Shown: positions 52,415 to 63,283, counted from the stretch's first letter. The stretch: 64,000 nucleotides of DNA from an uncultured Clostridia bacterium (GCA_948485625.1 CAOMRW010000007.1:10117-74116), one strand, 5' to 3'. Program-made: numbers and translations. The notes: generated by a model not told the origin, from the sequence alone.

Positions 52415-54166
52415 TCAAACAGACGGATTAACATTCAAAGTTTTATTATTAGTATATATAACCATACCAGGCTTAGATCCAGATGGCTTTTTAACATACT
52501 TAACTTCACAATAATCCACAGGAACATTAGAAGAATTTTTTGCTTTGCTATAGAATGCAGAAATCTGAGCGACTTTGATTAATAAAGCATTATCAGGATA
52601 AGGCAAATTATTATCAAGTCTAAGTATAGTATGACTACCATGAAAATCTTTAGTATGGAACCATATATCATTTTTATTAGCATATTTTAAAGTCAAATAA
52701 TCATTTTCTTTATTATTTCTACCAACTAAAACAGTATAGCCATCAATAGAATATTTAATAGGATTAAATGAAACAGTTTTATTTTTAGTAAGCTTAGATT
52801 TTTTAATTTTAGATTTTTTCGAATTAGATATATTATTTGATTTTGAAGTTTTTTCTTTAAAGATATCATTTTCAGAAATTTCCTCAAAAATTTCTGTAAC
52901 TTCTTCTAAAGTAGAACAATTTTCTAATTCATAAACAACACTTTCAATATAATTTAATTCTTTTAATGTTTCTTCTTTCTGCTCAGAAACTATTTCTAAA
53001 GCATTTTTCAATTTTGAATATTTTTTAAAAAATCTTTTAGCATTTATGCTAGGCAAAAAACGTTTATCTAATTTTATTAAAATTTTATTATTATTATCAT
53101 AATAATTTTCCAATTCAATTTCTTCTAAGTTTCTATTAGGAATTCTATATAAATTAGCTGTTATAAGTTCACCATAGATTCTATATTTATCCATATCATC
53201 ACATTCATGCAATTTTTCATTTATATTTGATAATCTCTTATTATATTTTTTTAAAGTTTCTAATATTAACCTTAATAATGTATTTCTATAATTTTTAAAA
53301 GATTCATTTGTTTCTTTATTAAAATAGAAATCATCTATAAAGAAATTTAAATTAAAAATGTTATCAGTATTAGATTTTGACATTGATAAAAAATAATCTT
53401 TTATAATACCTTTATCATTTTCAACATATTCAAACTGTAAATTATTTGTACCAATATTATTGATAATTTCATTTATATAATTAAAAATAATTTCTAAGGT
53501 TAAGCTATTCAATTCTTTTATCTCTAATTTTTTAATAATAGAATATATAAAATTTTTAGATATACCATTAAATGTATTTGAAATTTCACTAGGCAAATCA
53601 TCAATATATTTTATATTTAAATTATTTTTAAAATCTTCAAAATCCTTTAATTCCAAGAAACTAATTTTATTTGATGTAGGAAAACTATATTTTGTATGTG
53701 GTAATATATCTCTATAATTTTCATCATTTTCTTTTATATGTCTTAAACTATCAATTATTATATTAGTATCATCTAGTAATATGACATTACTATGTTTTCC
53801 CATTAATTCAATAATTAACTTTTTTGAAATAATATCATCTATTTCATCAAATCCCTCGAATTCTATTACTATTAATCTTTCTAAATCAAATGTAATTATA
53901 TTTTTAAGTTTTAGACCTATTAAATTTTTGCGTAGTAACATACAAAAATTAGGAGCAATCTGAGGATTGGGCTTTGAATTAGTTGTTAGATTTATTCTAC
54001 AATTTTGAGATTCTATACATATATTTAAAGCATAATTTTTTTTATCTAAATACAAACCTAATACTATTTCATTTTTACTAGGTTGAAATATTTTATCAAT
54101 TCTTGCACCACATAGGTCTAAAAGTTCTGTTGTAATTGCTTTTGTTACAATTCCATCAAATGCCAT
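52415..54166 (-). CDS. rqcH: ribosome quality control factor RqcH (NFACT / fibronectin-binding protein A family)
   Basis: N-terminal MAFDGIVTKAITTELLDLCGARIDKIFQP, a coiled-coil middle and a C-terminal NFACT-R region (DIWFHTKDFHGSHTILR). ATG at 54166 rather than the track start at 54205. Confidence 0.88.
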   Translation of the reverse strand: MAFDGIVTKAITTELLDLCGARIDKIFQPSKNEIVLGLYLDKKNYALNICIESQNCRINLTTNSKPNPQIAPNFCMLLRKNLIGLKLKNIITFDLERLIVIEFEGFDEIDDIISKKLIIELMGKHSNVILLDDTNIIIDSLRHIKENDENYRDILPHTKYSFPTSNKISFLELKDFEDFKNNLNIKYIDDLPSEISNTFNGISKNFIYSIIKKLEIKELNSLTLEIIFNYINEIINNIGTNNLQFEYVENDKGIIKDYFLSMSKSNTDNIFNLNFFIDDFYFNKETNESFKNYRNTLLRLILETLKKYNKRLSNINEKLHECDDMDKYRIYGELITANLYRIPNRNLEEIELENYYDNNNKILIKLDKRFLPSINAKRFFKKYSKLKNALEIVSEQKEETLKELNYIESVVYELENCSTLEEVTEIFEEISENDIFKEKTSKSNNISNSKKSKIKKSKLTKNKTVSFNPIKYSIDGYTVLVGRNNKENDYLTLKYANKNDIWFHTKDFHGSHTILRLDNNLPYPDNALLIKVAQISAFYSKAKNSSNVPVDYCEVKYVKKPSGSKPGMVIYTNNKTLNVNPSV

Positions 54167-54323
54167 TAAAATCATCTCTTTTCTAATTTTTATATATGAT
54201 ATCATAAATTTTGAGAATGTTCAAATTACTGGATAAAGTTGTACACATATTTTTATTGCAAATAAATTGATTTTCTAAATTTTATATAGTAAAATAAGTT
54301 TAGAAAAAGAGAGGGGTATATAT

Positions 54324-56213
54324 ATGAGTAAAATTAAAAAAATGCTATATATAATAATATTTGCATTGATGATATTACTGATTGGGACAGTAAAGTCAAA
54401 TGCAGGGGATTTAAGTTTAAGCAATCTAGATTTTGAAGTACAAATAAATAGTGATGGAAGTATGAATGTTACAGAAACATGGGATATTTATATAAAACAA
54501 ACAAACACACTATATAAAAGTTTTAAAACAGACTCTAGTAAATATTCAAAAATAACAGATGTATCAGTAAAAGAGATAACAAATGGAAAAGAAAATGCTT
54601 TTATAAAAACTAACAATTGGGCATATCATGTAAGTAAAAATCGTTATTATGGAACAAAAAATGAAGATGGAGATTTTGAAATTGGATGGGGAGTTGGACT
54701 AGATAATTCAAGTGGAAGAAGAAAATATAAGATATCATATAAAGTACAAGATGTTATAACGAAATATAATGATTACTCTGAATTATATTGGCAATTTGTA
54801 GGTGAAAATTTTGAGATTAATTCTAATAAGATAACAGGGACAATTTATTTACCATCAAATGTACAAGATATTAATAATATTAAAGTTTGGGGACATACAA
54901 GAGATTTAAATGGAACTATATATGCAACAGATACAAATAAAATAGAATTTGAAGTAACAAATTATAGAAGCGGTAGATATGTAGAAATAAGGACATTATT
55001 TCCAACAGAATTAATAACTACCTCAACTAAAGTGAAAGACAAAGAAATATTGCAAACTGCAATAAATGAAGAAACAAAATGGGCAGACAAAGCAAATGCT
55101 AGAAGAGAAAGAAATGAATTTTTAAAAAAAGCGATTCCACTTATTATAATTGGAGTATATGTGATAATTAATGTATTATTAATTGTAGTTTATTTAAGAA
55201 AAACATTAAAATATATACAAAAAAACAAACAATTAAAAAAATACAAACCAACACAATTATTACAATACTATAGAGAATTACCAGATGAAAAAGCAACACC
55301 AGGAGAAGCTGTAAAAACTTTAAATATAGATGTTGAAGCTTTTACGCCTATGAATTTTGGAAAAATATTTTCTGCTACAATGTTAGATTTATCATTAAGA
55401 GGTTTTTTAGAAATAAAACAGGAAAAAAATCAAAAAGGAAAAGATACAATAAAAATAAAAATCTTAAAAGAAGCAAATGAACAAATTAAAGCAGATGAAA
55501 TGGAAATAATGAAAATTGTAAAAAGTGCAACACAAGAAAAAGAAATATTAACATTAAAAGAACTAGAAAAATATATTAAAAATCATCCAACAAAAATAGA
55601 AAATTTATTAAAAAATACTTATAATAATGTCAATAAGCAACTTATAGATGAAGAAATAATAGATAAAGAAGAACAAAAAGAATATAAAAAATATAAAAAT
55701 AGTCAAATAGGATATATAGTATCAATAATATTTTTGTTATGCTTTACATTAATTGCATTTATAATTCCAATAATTATATTTATAGTTAATGCAGTGTTAT
55801 GTGGAAAAATATGTGAAAAAATAAATGTATTAACACAAAAAGGTATAGACAAGCAAGAAGAATGGAAAGGCTTAAAAAAATATATGGAAGATTTTTCTAT
55901 GTTAGACAGAAGAGAAGTACCAGAATTAGTTATTTGGGAAAGATACTTAGTTTATGCAACAGCATTTGGAATTGCAGATAAAGTAATAAAACAATTAAAA
56001 ATAGTATATCCAAACTTAGATGAAATGACAAATGGATTAGCAACATTCACATATATGAACTTAATGATTAATACAGACTTTAGTTCAAGCTTTACAAAAG
56101 CAATAAACACTTCAATGGCCTCAGCATACTCTTCAGGATCAGGCTCAGGAGGAGGATTCTCTGGTGGAGGAGGATTTGGCCGGTGGCCGGTGGTGGCGGA
56201 GGCCGGAAGATAA
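54324..56213 (+). CDS. DUF2207 family membrane protein
   Basis: Signal peptide. N-terminal ectodomain LDFEVQINSDGSMNVTETWDIYI. Central and C-terminal TM helices. Gly-rich tail SGSGSGGGFSGGGGFG that ends atypically in RWPVVAEAGR. Confidence 0.8.
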   Translation: MSKIKKMLYIIIFALMILLIGTVKSNAGDLSLSNLDFEVQINSDGSMNVTETWDIYIKQTNTLYKSFKTDSSKYSKITDVSVKEITNGKENAFIKTNNWAYHVSKNRYYGTKNEDGDFEIGWGVGLDNSSGRRKYKISYKVQDVITKYNDYSELYWQFVGENFEINSNKITGTIYLPSNVQDINNIKVWGHTRDLNGTIYATDTNKIEFEVTNYRSGRYVEIRTLFPTELITTSTKVKDKEILQTAINEETKWADKANARRERNEFLKKAIPLIIIGVYVIINVLLIVVYLRKTLKYIQKNKQLKKYKPTQLLQYYRELPDEKATPGEAVKTLNIDVEAFTPMNFGKIFSATMLDLSLRGFLEIKQEKNQKGKDTIKIKILKEANEQIKADEMEIMKIVKSATQEKEILTLKELEKYIKNHPTKIENLLKNTYNNVNKQLIDEEIIDKEEQKEYKKYKNSQIGYIVSIIFLLCFTLIAFIIPIIIFIVNAVLCGKICEKINVLTQKGIDKQEEWKGLKKYMEDFSMLDRREVPELVIWERYLVYATAFGIADKVIKQLKIVYPNLDEMTNGLATFTYMNLMINTDFSSSFTKAINTSMASAYSSGSGSGGGFSGGGGFGRWPVVAEAGR

Positions 56214-56262
56214 TGTCCCAAAGGGACGTTTCTTTTGGGACATTTTTGTCCCATTGGGGACA
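56214..56262 (-). repeat. 49-bp hairpin repeat (family A), exact inverted copy of 16641-16689
   Basis: Begins immediately after the DUF2207 stop codon. The reverse complement is identical over all 49 nt to 16641-16689. Confidence 0.95.
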
Positions 56263-56504
56263 CATATGCAATTGTACTTTTGAAAGTAATAAATTTTATA
56301 TTGAATATTTTATAAGTGAAAATGGAAATTATATGTATAAATTTTGTACTATATTTTCCATTTTTTATTTATTAAATTTTTATTACAATAATTGACTAAA
56401 AAACGTAAATAGTATAGAATATCAATAAAAGAAAATATAAAATAAAATATAGAATGAAATCTCATAAATACTTTGTATAATGAGATATAAAGAAAGGAAA
56501 CAAT

Positions 56505-57833
56505 ATGTCAAAACCAATAGTAGCAATAATAGGAAAGCCAAATGTAGGGAAATCAACATTTTTTAATTATTTGGCAGGAAGTAGAATATCAATAGTGCAA
56601 GATACACCAGGAGTTACAAGAGATAGAATTTATGCAGAAACAAATTGGCGTGGAAGAAAATTTACTTTAGTAGATACAGGAGGGATAGAACCAGACTCAG
56701 ATGATATAATTTTATCTCAAATGAGAGAACAAGCGAATTTAGCAGTATCAATGGCAGATGTAATAATATTTTTAACAGATATAAGGCAAGGAGTTACAGC
56801 AGCAGATAGAGAAATTGCGTTAATGTTAAAAAAATCTGGAAAGCCAATAGTTTTAGTTTGTAATAAAGCAGATAATTATGATAAAGATAGTCAGCAAGCA
56901 TATGAATTTTATAATTTAGGAATAGGAGAACCATTTCCAATTTCAGCAACAAATGCACTTGGGATAGGAGATGTGTTAGATGAAGTATACGAACATTTTC
57001 CTGAAAAAGATGAATCAGAAGATGAAGAGGACATAGTAAAAGTTGCAGTAATAGGAAAGCCAAATGTAGGAAAATCATCTTTGATAAATAAAATATTAGG
57101 CGAAAGAAGAACAATTGTAAGTAATATTGCAGGAACAACAAGAGATGCAATAGATTCTCCTTTTGAAAATGAACATGGAAAATATGTTTTAATAGATACA
57201 GCAGGTATAAGAAAGAAGAGTAAAGTAAATGAATCTATTGAAAAATATAGTGTAATGAGAAGTTTATTAGCTGTTGAAAGAGCAGATGTATGTTTAATGA
57301 TGATTGATGCAAATGATGGGGTAACAGACCAAGATGCTAAAATAGCAGGGGAAGCACATGAAGCAGGAAAAGGAGTAATAATAGTTGTAAATAAATGGGA
57401 TGAATATGAGAAGACAACAGGAACTCTAGAAAAATACAAAAAAGAAGTTTATGAAAAATTATCATATCTATCATATGCACCAATTATATTTATATCAGCT
57501 AAAACAGGGCAAAGAGTTGATAAATTATTTGATATGATAAATAATGTTGCAAAACAAAATGCGTTAAGAGTATCTACATCAGTATTGAATCAGGTAATAA
57601 ATGAAGCAATAGCAATTGTTCAACCGCCAACAGATAAAGGAAAAAGATTAAAGATATATTATGGAACACAAGCATCTACAAAACCACCAACATTTGTTAT
57701 TTTTGTAAATAATAAAGATTTATTTCATTTTTCATATCAAAGATATTTAATTAATCAAATAAGAAAAGAATTCGGATTAGAAGGAACACCTGTAAGAATT
57801 ATAGCAAGAGAGAAAAATGAAAAAGATATTTGA
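56505..57833 (+). CDS. der: ribosome biogenesis GTPase Der (EngA)
   Basis: Two tandem GTPase domains (GKPNVGKST...DTGG...NKAD and GKPNVGKSS...DTAG...NKWD) and a KH-like C-terminus. Confidence 0.95.
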   Translation: MSKPIVAIIGKPNVGKSTFFNYLAGSRISIVQDTPGVTRDRIYAETNWRGRKFTLVDTGGIEPDSDDIILSQMREQANLAVSMADVIIFLTDIRQGVTAADREIALMLKKSGKPIVLVCNKADNYDKDSQQAYEFYNLGIGEPFPISATNALGIGDVLDEVYEHFPEKDESEDEEDIVKVAVIGKPNVGKSSLINKILGERRTIVSNIAGTTRDAIDSPFENEHGKYVLIDTAGIRKKSKVNESIEKYSVMRSLLAVERADVCLMMIDANDGVTDQDAKIAGEAHEAGKGVIIVVNKWDEYEKTTGTLEKYKKEVYEKLSYLSYAPIIFISAKTGQRVDKLFDMINNVAKQNALRVSTSVLNQVINEAIAIVQPPTDKGKRLKIYYGTQASTKPPTFVIFVNNKDLFHFSYQRYLINQIRKEFGLEGTPVRIIAREKNEKDI

Positions 57834-57849
57834 GAATAAAAATAATATC

Positions 57850-57864
57850 TGTCCATTTTGGACA
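57850..57864. repeat. minimal TGTCCA/TGGACA hairpin (family A-like)
   Basis: TGTCCA-ttt-TGGACA in the der-plsY spacer. Confidence 0.5.
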
Positions 57865-57893
57865 AATGTTTTTATATAAAAGGAGGAATAAAT

Positions 57894-58538
57894 ATGGTAG
57901 TCTATATAATTATGGCAATAATAGCTTATTTAATAGGAAGTATAAACTTTTCAATTATCATTAGTAAAAAAGTAGCAGGATTTGACGTAAGAGAAAAAGG
58001 AAGTGGAAATGCAGGTACTACTAATATGCTACGTTCAGTAGGAAAAGGAGCAGCAGCGATTACATTAATATGTGACATTTTAAAAGGTGTAGTATCTATA
58101 CTTATAGCATTATTAGCTGGTAATATAATAAAAGATTTAGATAAAGAGTTACTTATACAAATTGCAGGAATAGCAGTTGTCATTGGTCACACTTTTCCAA
58201 TTTTCTTTGGATTTAAAGGTGGAAAAGGTGTTGCTACATCATTAGGTGTTTTACTTATGAGTAATTGGCAAATAGGATTAATTTGTTTAGTATTTGCTTT
58301 GGTATTAATAGTTTTAACAAGAATGGTATCACTAGGGTCTTGTTCTGCTGCTATCTTATTTCCAGTATTGACATTATTTATTAATGAACATTATATGGTT
58401 TTATCAGATGGAAAAAGTGGTAATGTATATTTTATATATAGTGTAATATTAGCAATAGTTGTTTTATATAATCATAGAAGTAATATAAAAAGAATGATGA
58501 ATGGGACTGAAAATAGAATAAGCTTTAGCAAAAAATAA
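57894..58538 (+). CDS. plsY: glycerol-3-phosphate acyltransferase PlsY
   Basis: GSINFS...GSGNAGTTN...GHTFPIFFGFKGGKGVAT motifs. ATG at 57894 follows AAAGGAGG. Confidence 0.93.
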   Translation: MVVYIIMAIIAYLIGSINFSIIISKKVAGFDVREKGSGNAGTTNMLRSVGKGAAAITLICDILKGVVSILIALLAGNIIKDLDKELLIQIAGIAVVIGHTFPIFFGFKGGKGVATSLGVLLMSNWQIGLICLVFALVLIVLTRMVSLGSCSAAILFPVLTLFINEHYMVLSDGKSGNVYFIYSVILAIVVLYNHRSNIKRMMNGTENRISFSKK

Positions 58539-58562
58539 ATTTTCGTGAAGGAGTAAATAAAA

Positions 58563-59546
58563 ATGAAAAATATAGCAATAATAGGAAGTGGAAGCTGGGG
58601 AGTTGCGCTTGGTGTATACTTAGCAGGTATTGGCAATAATGTAAAGATATGGTCTTTTATGGAAGAAGAAAGAGATATCATTAATAATGAAAGAAAATGT
58701 AAATTTTTGCCAGGTTTGATTTTGCCTGAAAATATTCACTGTTCAACTGATTTTGAAGAAGTAATAAAAGATTCTGAATTTATTTTACATGTAACACCAT
58801 CAAAATTTACAAGAAGTACATTTAAACAATATAAACAATATGTTGGTGATAAACCAGTTATAATATGTTCAAAAGGTTTTGAAAAAGAAACATTAGAAAC
58901 ACTTGATGAAGTTATTTTAGAAGAAATGCCTAACGCAAAAGTTGGAGTTTTATCAGGACCAAGTCATGCAGAAGAGGTATCCACAGGAGTTCCAACAGCT
59001 TTAGTAATAGCATCAAAACATCAAAACATATTAAAAAAAGTTCAAGACACATTTATGTCAGATAAGATGAGAATATATACATCAAATGATGTTAAAGGTG
59101 TAGAATTAGGAGGAGCTTTAAAAAATATTATAGCATTTTGTGCTGGAGTAGCAGCAGGAATTGGACTTGGAGATAATAGTTTTGCAGCATTAATAACAAG
59201 AGGATTAAAAGAAATATCTAGATTAGGTGTAGAATTAGGCGGAAAAGAAGATTCTTTTTATGGATTAAGTGGACTTGGAGATTTAATTGTTACATGTTTA
59301 AGTGAACATAGTAGAAACAGAAGAGCTGGAAAATTAATAGGTCAAGGAGTTTCATTAGAAGATACTAAAAAAGAAGTTGGAATGGTAATTGAAAGTATAG
59401 ATAATATAGAAGTTGCTTATGAACTTGGCAAACTACATAATATAGAAATGCCTATAGTAGAAACTGTATATAAAGTTCTTTATGAGAATTTAGACCCTAA
59501 AAAAGCTGTACAAGATTTGATGACAAGAGATAAGAAAATGGAATAA
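58563..59546 (+). CDS. gpsA: NAD(P)H-dependent glycerol-3-phosphate dehydrogenase
   Basis: Rossmann IIGSGSWGVALG. Family motifs GPSHAEEV, GALKNIIA, SRNRRAG. Confidence 0.95.
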   Translation: MKNIAIIGSGSWGVALGVYLAGIGNNVKIWSFMEEERDIINNERKCKFLPGLILPENIHCSTDFEEVIKDSEFILHVTPSKFTRSTFKQYKQYVGDKPVIICSKGFEKETLETLDEVILEEMPNAKVGVLSGPSHAEEVSTGVPTALVIASKHQNILKKVQDTFMSDKMRIYTSNDVKGVELGGALKNIIAFCAGVAAGIGLGDNSFAALITRGLKEISRLGVELGGKEDSFYGLSGLGDLIVTCLSEHSRNRRAGKLIGQGVSLEDTKKEVGMVIESIDNIEVAYELGKLHNIEMPIVETVYKVLYENLDPKKAVQDLMTRDKKME

Positions 59547-59643
59547 TTTTGTGCTAAAGGAAGTTCCCATTTTGGGCACATTAACCAAAAAATGAGTTAA
59601 TGAATAAAATTATAAATATATGCAATAATATAAATAAAAATGA

Positions 59644-59680
59644 ATTTGTGCCAAAAAGGGACGCCCCCTTTGGCACAAAT
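59644..59680. repeat. hairpin repeat (family B)
   Basis: ATTTGTGCCAAA-aagggACGCCCCC-TTTGGCACAAAT, a 12-bp stem. The loop is nearly identical to that of 27532-27562. Ends 5 nt before the RBS of the next gene. A degenerate relative lies at about 59549-59581. Confidence 0.85.
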
Positions 59681-59695
59681 TAGGGAGGAATATAT

Positions 59696-60253
59696 ATGGA
59701 ATTTTTTGATAAGTTAGGGAAAAAAGCAAGTGAAGCATATAAAGTGACAGCTGATAAAACAGGTAAGTTGGCTAAAGAAGCTAAACTTAGAATGAAAATG
59801 GGAGAGTTGAAATCTGAAATTAGTGATATTTATGAAGATATTGGAAAAGTTGTTTATGAAAATCATGTTAGAGAGGAAAAACAAGATATTTCAAATGAAT
59901 TAGAAGAAAGATGCACAAAAATAGATTGTTTAAGTGATGAGATAGAGTCGTATTTAAAGGAATGTTTAGAATTAAAAGATAAGAGAAAATGTCCTAAATG
60001 TTATGTTGAAATAGATAAGGATGTAAAATTTTGCCCAGAGTGTGGTGCTAAACAAGATGTTGATGAAACAGTAAAAGAGGTTGAAGTGTTAGATAAACAA
60101 CAAGAAAGTGATAATAAAGAAAATCACATAGAAAATGATAAAGAAGATACTAAACAAGAGAAGACAAATTTAGAGAGAACAGTTGAAGTCGAATCAGATG
60201 TAGATGAGAATCATAATGAAACTGTTGAACATCTTGAAGTTGAAGATGAATAA
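59696..60253 (+). CDS. zinc-ribbon domain protein with acidic tail
   Basis: CPKCYVEIDKDVKFCPECG zinc ribbon. N-terminal coiled region. Confidence 0.6.
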   Translation: MEFFDKLGKKASEAYKVTADKTGKLAKEAKLRMKMGELKSEISDIYEDIGKVVYENHVREEKQDISNELEERCTKIDCLSDEIESYLKECLELKDKRKCPKCYVEIDKDVKFCPECGAKQDVDETVKEVEVLDKQQESDNKENHIENDKEDTKQEKTNLERTVEVESDVDENHNETVEHLEVEDE

Positions 60254-60290
60254 TTAGTTATTTAATAATAAGTTTTCTTTAAGTTTTGCT

Positions 60291-60336
60291 AAAAACAAAC
60301 AGTATGGGAAATGTATTTCTCGTACTGTTTGTTTTT
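60291..60336. terminator. bidirectional terminator
   Basis: AAAAACAAACAGTA-loop-TACTGTTTGTTTTT between convergent genes. Confidence 0.75.
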
Positions 60337-60613
60337 AATAGGGATACCTTTCGTACAAGTATTTAATTAAGTTATCAGCATTTTCTTCAGTAACATTAAT
60401 ATAAATTCCTTTATCAAGAGAAACCCACATTACAATTTTAAAATCATCTAAATTATCAATAAAAGTACCAATAATTTCAGTAATTTCAATTGGATTTTCA
60501 TATTTGTGTTCCCAATTTAAATCATTATTTATATCAAATGAAGAATTATAAAATGAACTTAAAAACTTTTCTAATTCTTTTGAATTTTCACTATATAAAT
60601 TAACAGAAACCAT
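60335..60613 (-). CDS. hypothetical protein (92 aa)
   Basis: ORF with RBS (AGGAG on the minus strand). No motif recognised. Confidence 0.45.
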   Translation of the reverse strand: MVSVNLYSENSKELEKFLSSFYNSSFDINNDLNWEHKYENPIEITEIIGTFIDNLDDFKIVMWVSLDKGIYINVTEENADNLIKYLYERYPY

Positions 60614-60724
60614 ATTTATCTCCTAGTATGTCCTTTTTTATTATTATATTATTCAAATTAAAAAAATATACCTAAAAAATTAATTTAGAATACTTTATAA
60701 AGAAAAAGTAAATAATAACAATAA

Positions 60725-61693
60725 ATGGTTTTGAAAACTAATTACAATTTGAATGGGGGTTATATTTTGAAGAAATATACTAGAATTGCATATCTTGTTA
60801 TTATAGTACTTATATTATTATTTGGATTTTTTGTATATAAAGTTTCTGGAAAGAATAGTACTGATGGAGATGTAAAAGAAAAGTCATTATCAGAAATTAA
60901 ATATTTAGAAAGTAAATTTTTGAATTTGTTTAATCAATTAAATAATATAAATTTTGAAAATTATACTATTTCTGCAACTAAAATAAGTGAAGAACAATCA
61001 GAAAAACAGTCATCGAGTTCATCAGGAAAATCTGGAAGTTCTGGAAGTGGTAAAGGACAAGGTGGCCAATCAGAAAATGGACAAAGTTCTGAAAGTTCAC
61101 AAAGCTCAGAAGATAGTTCTAAAGAAGATAATAAACAATATGAATTACAAGAATCAGGTGTCTTGACACAAAATTCAGAAATTAATTGGAAACAAATTAA
61201 GAATGATGTTGAAAATATATATGTTTCACTATATCCAACAACACTTGATTTATATCAAACAGCTAGTAATAAGGAAGATATAGTTAATTTTAATAAAGAA
61301 TATGATAATTTAACAAAAGCTGTAAAAGACGAAAATAAAGAAGAAACATTAAAAGAGTTATCACGATTGTATGATTATTTACCAAAATTTATTGAAAATT
61401 GTGCTAGTGAAGAAAAAGATAAAACAATAATAAAAACTAAAAATAATATATTTAAGGCATATAGTATTTTAGAACAAGAAGATTGGGGAGCAATGTCAGA
61501 ATATGTAAATAATGCTATACAAGAATTTACAAAAATTGTTACTGATTTTAATAATCAAGAAAAAGGTAATCAATATAATATAAATAAAACATATATAATG
61601 ATAAATGAGTTACAAAATGCAATTGCTTTAAATGATAAAGAAGTTTTTTTAATAAAATATAAAAATTTACTAGAAGAATTACAAAATATGTGA
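60725..61693 (+). CDS. membrane-anchored hypothetical protein with Ser/Gly/Gln-rich linker
   Basis: TM IAYLVIIVLILLFGFFVY. The likely real start is the TTG at 60767 after GGGGGT. Low-complexity SSSSGKSGSSGSGKGQGGQSENGQSSESSQSSE. Confidence 0.5.
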   Translation: MVLKTNYNLNGGYILKKYTRIAYLVIIVLILLFGFFVYKVSGKNSTDGDVKEKSLSEIKYLESKFLNLFNQLNNINFENYTISATKISEEQSEKQSSSSSGKSGSSGSGKGQGGQSENGQSSESSQSSEDSSKEDNKQYELQESGVLTQNSEINWKQIKNDVENIYVSLYPTTLDLYQTASNKEDIVNFNKEYDNLTKAVKDENKEETLKELSRLYDYLPKFIENCASEEKDKTIIKTKNNIFKAYSILEQEDWGAMSEYVNNAIQEFTKIVTDFNNQEKGNQYNINKTYIMINELQNAIALNDKEVFLIKYKNLLEELQNM

Positions 61694-61708
61694 TATAATT
61701 TCAAAGTA

Positions 61709-62050
61709 GAGTAAATTGAATAGTCGCTGGTAAATTCCGAAAGGAACTACGAGAGGAAAGTCCGGGCTCCATAGAGCAATGATGCTAGATAACGTCTAGT
61801 GGGGGCGACCCTAAGGAAAGTGCAACAGAAAATAACCGCCTGTAATGGTAAGGGTGAAAAGGCGAGGTAAGAGCTCACCGCTTCTATGGTGACATAGGAG
61901 GCTGTGTAAACCCCATCTGGAGCAACACCTAAAAAAGAAGATTAAGCCTGCTCGGCAACTTCTTAAATTGCGTGGCTTGAGATATATAGTGATATGTATC
62001 CTAGATAAATGACTATTTTTGATGACAGAACCCGGCTTACAGATTTACTC
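61709..62050 (+). ncRNA. rnpB: RNase P RNA (bacterial, Firmicute type B)
   Basis: Universal GAGGAAAGTCCGGGCTCCATAG and ACAGAACCCGGCTTA elements. P1 pairing GAGTAAAT (61709-61716) with ATTTACTC (62043-62050). T-run afterwards. Confidence 0.92.
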
Positions 62051-62236
62051 TTTTTTTATTTTTATTAGATGTTAGAGATTTTAAATTGGGCAAGTTAATT
62101 TGTTATCCAGCAGAAGAAGTTTTATTAGAGATAGAAGAGATAATGTTATATTGAGGGATAATTTATATAATAATAAAAAACAAAGTTTTTATAAATGAAG
62201 TTTTAGATTCTAGACAAAATAAAATATATTATAAAA

Positions 62237-63106
62237 TTAAACCAAATTTTTAAAATCCAGTGGTAAATCACTACAAAAATTCATTAATTTTTTACTGATT
62301 GGATGTATAAAACACAATCTATAACAATGAAGAGCCTGTCTATGTATAAAATCAGAAATAGAACCATATAAAGTATCACCAATTAAAGGATGATTAATAG
62401 CACTCATATGTACTCTAATTTGATGAGTTCTACCAGTTTCTAAAGAACACTTTACTAAACTATAATTATCAAATTCTTTTAGAACTTCATAGTGAGTGAT
62501 AGAAGATTGTCCATTTTCAGAAATACATCTTTCTATAATACTATTTTCTTTTCTAGCAATTGGTAAATTGATAGTACCAGAATAGTTTTCAAAAATCCCA
62601 TTACAAATAGCTAAATATTCTTTTTTAAATGTGCTATTTTTCATTTGAGAAATTAAAGATTCTTGAATATATTCACATTTTGCAAAAATAACTAGGCCAG
62701 ATGTATTTAAATCTAATCTATTTACAGGCCTAATTTTTTTCTTTAGATTAATAGAATCAAAATAAAATCTAATTCCATTACATAAAGAATCAGAGTAGTG
62801 CAAAATAGATGGATGTATAGCAATTCCAGCAGGTTTATTTACTATTAATAACCAGTCATCTTCATATATTATTTCTAAGTTCATTTTAGTAGGAATAATA
62901 TTTGAATTGTCTTCTTCATATTCAAAATCTATAATTAAATAATCTCCTTTATTTGCTGTTTGTCTAGTGTCTACTGTTTTTCCATTTAGAAAAATTTTGT
63001 TATTTTTTATTAATTTGAATAATAGTCTAGATGAAATATTAAGTTTACTTTGTAATATTTGATTTATTGATGTTTTATCATTTTCTATAATATATTTTAA
63101 TTTCAT
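62237..63106 (-). CDS. RluA-family pseudouridine synthase (RluD-like, with S4 domain)
   Basis: S4-like N-terminus. Catalytic region RPVNRLDLNTSGLVIFAK and GRTHQIRVHM. Confidence 0.88.
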   Translation of the reverse strand: MKLKYIIENDKTSINQILQSKLNISSRLLFKLIKNNKIFLNGKTVDTRQTANKGDYLIIDFEYEEDNSNIIPTKMNLEIIYEDDWLLIVNKPAGIAIHPSILHYSDSLCNGIRFYFDSINLKKKIRPVNRLDLNTSGLVIFAKCEYIQESLISQMKNSTFKKEYLAICNGIFENYSGTINLPIARKENSIIERCISENGQSSITHYEVLKEFDNYSLVKCSLETGRTHQIRVHMSAINHPLIGDTLYGSISDFIHRQALHCYRLCFIHPISKKLMNFCSDLPLDFKNLV

Positions 63107-63283
63107 ATGTACTCCTTGGGAATTTTAGATTATTTGATTTTAGCATATTATTTATAAGATTTCAATTGAAAAAATACAAATTTGTCTTTACAATTATTAA
63201 AAATATGTATATAATTTTCTTTGTAAAATAAATAGAATAATAGATAAAAATATTGAAAATAGTAATATATAGAGGGAAAAAAT

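Noticed and set aside
33161-56206. Global systematic error model: an extra C inserted before GG everywhere
   Set aside because: Many other CGG triplets fall in well-conserved codons or structures. Examples are EPRRMAA in the helicase, DIGFVF in the ABC ATPase, tRNA-Leu and the TetR operator palindrome. The idea is therefore kept only as a local note on three loci.
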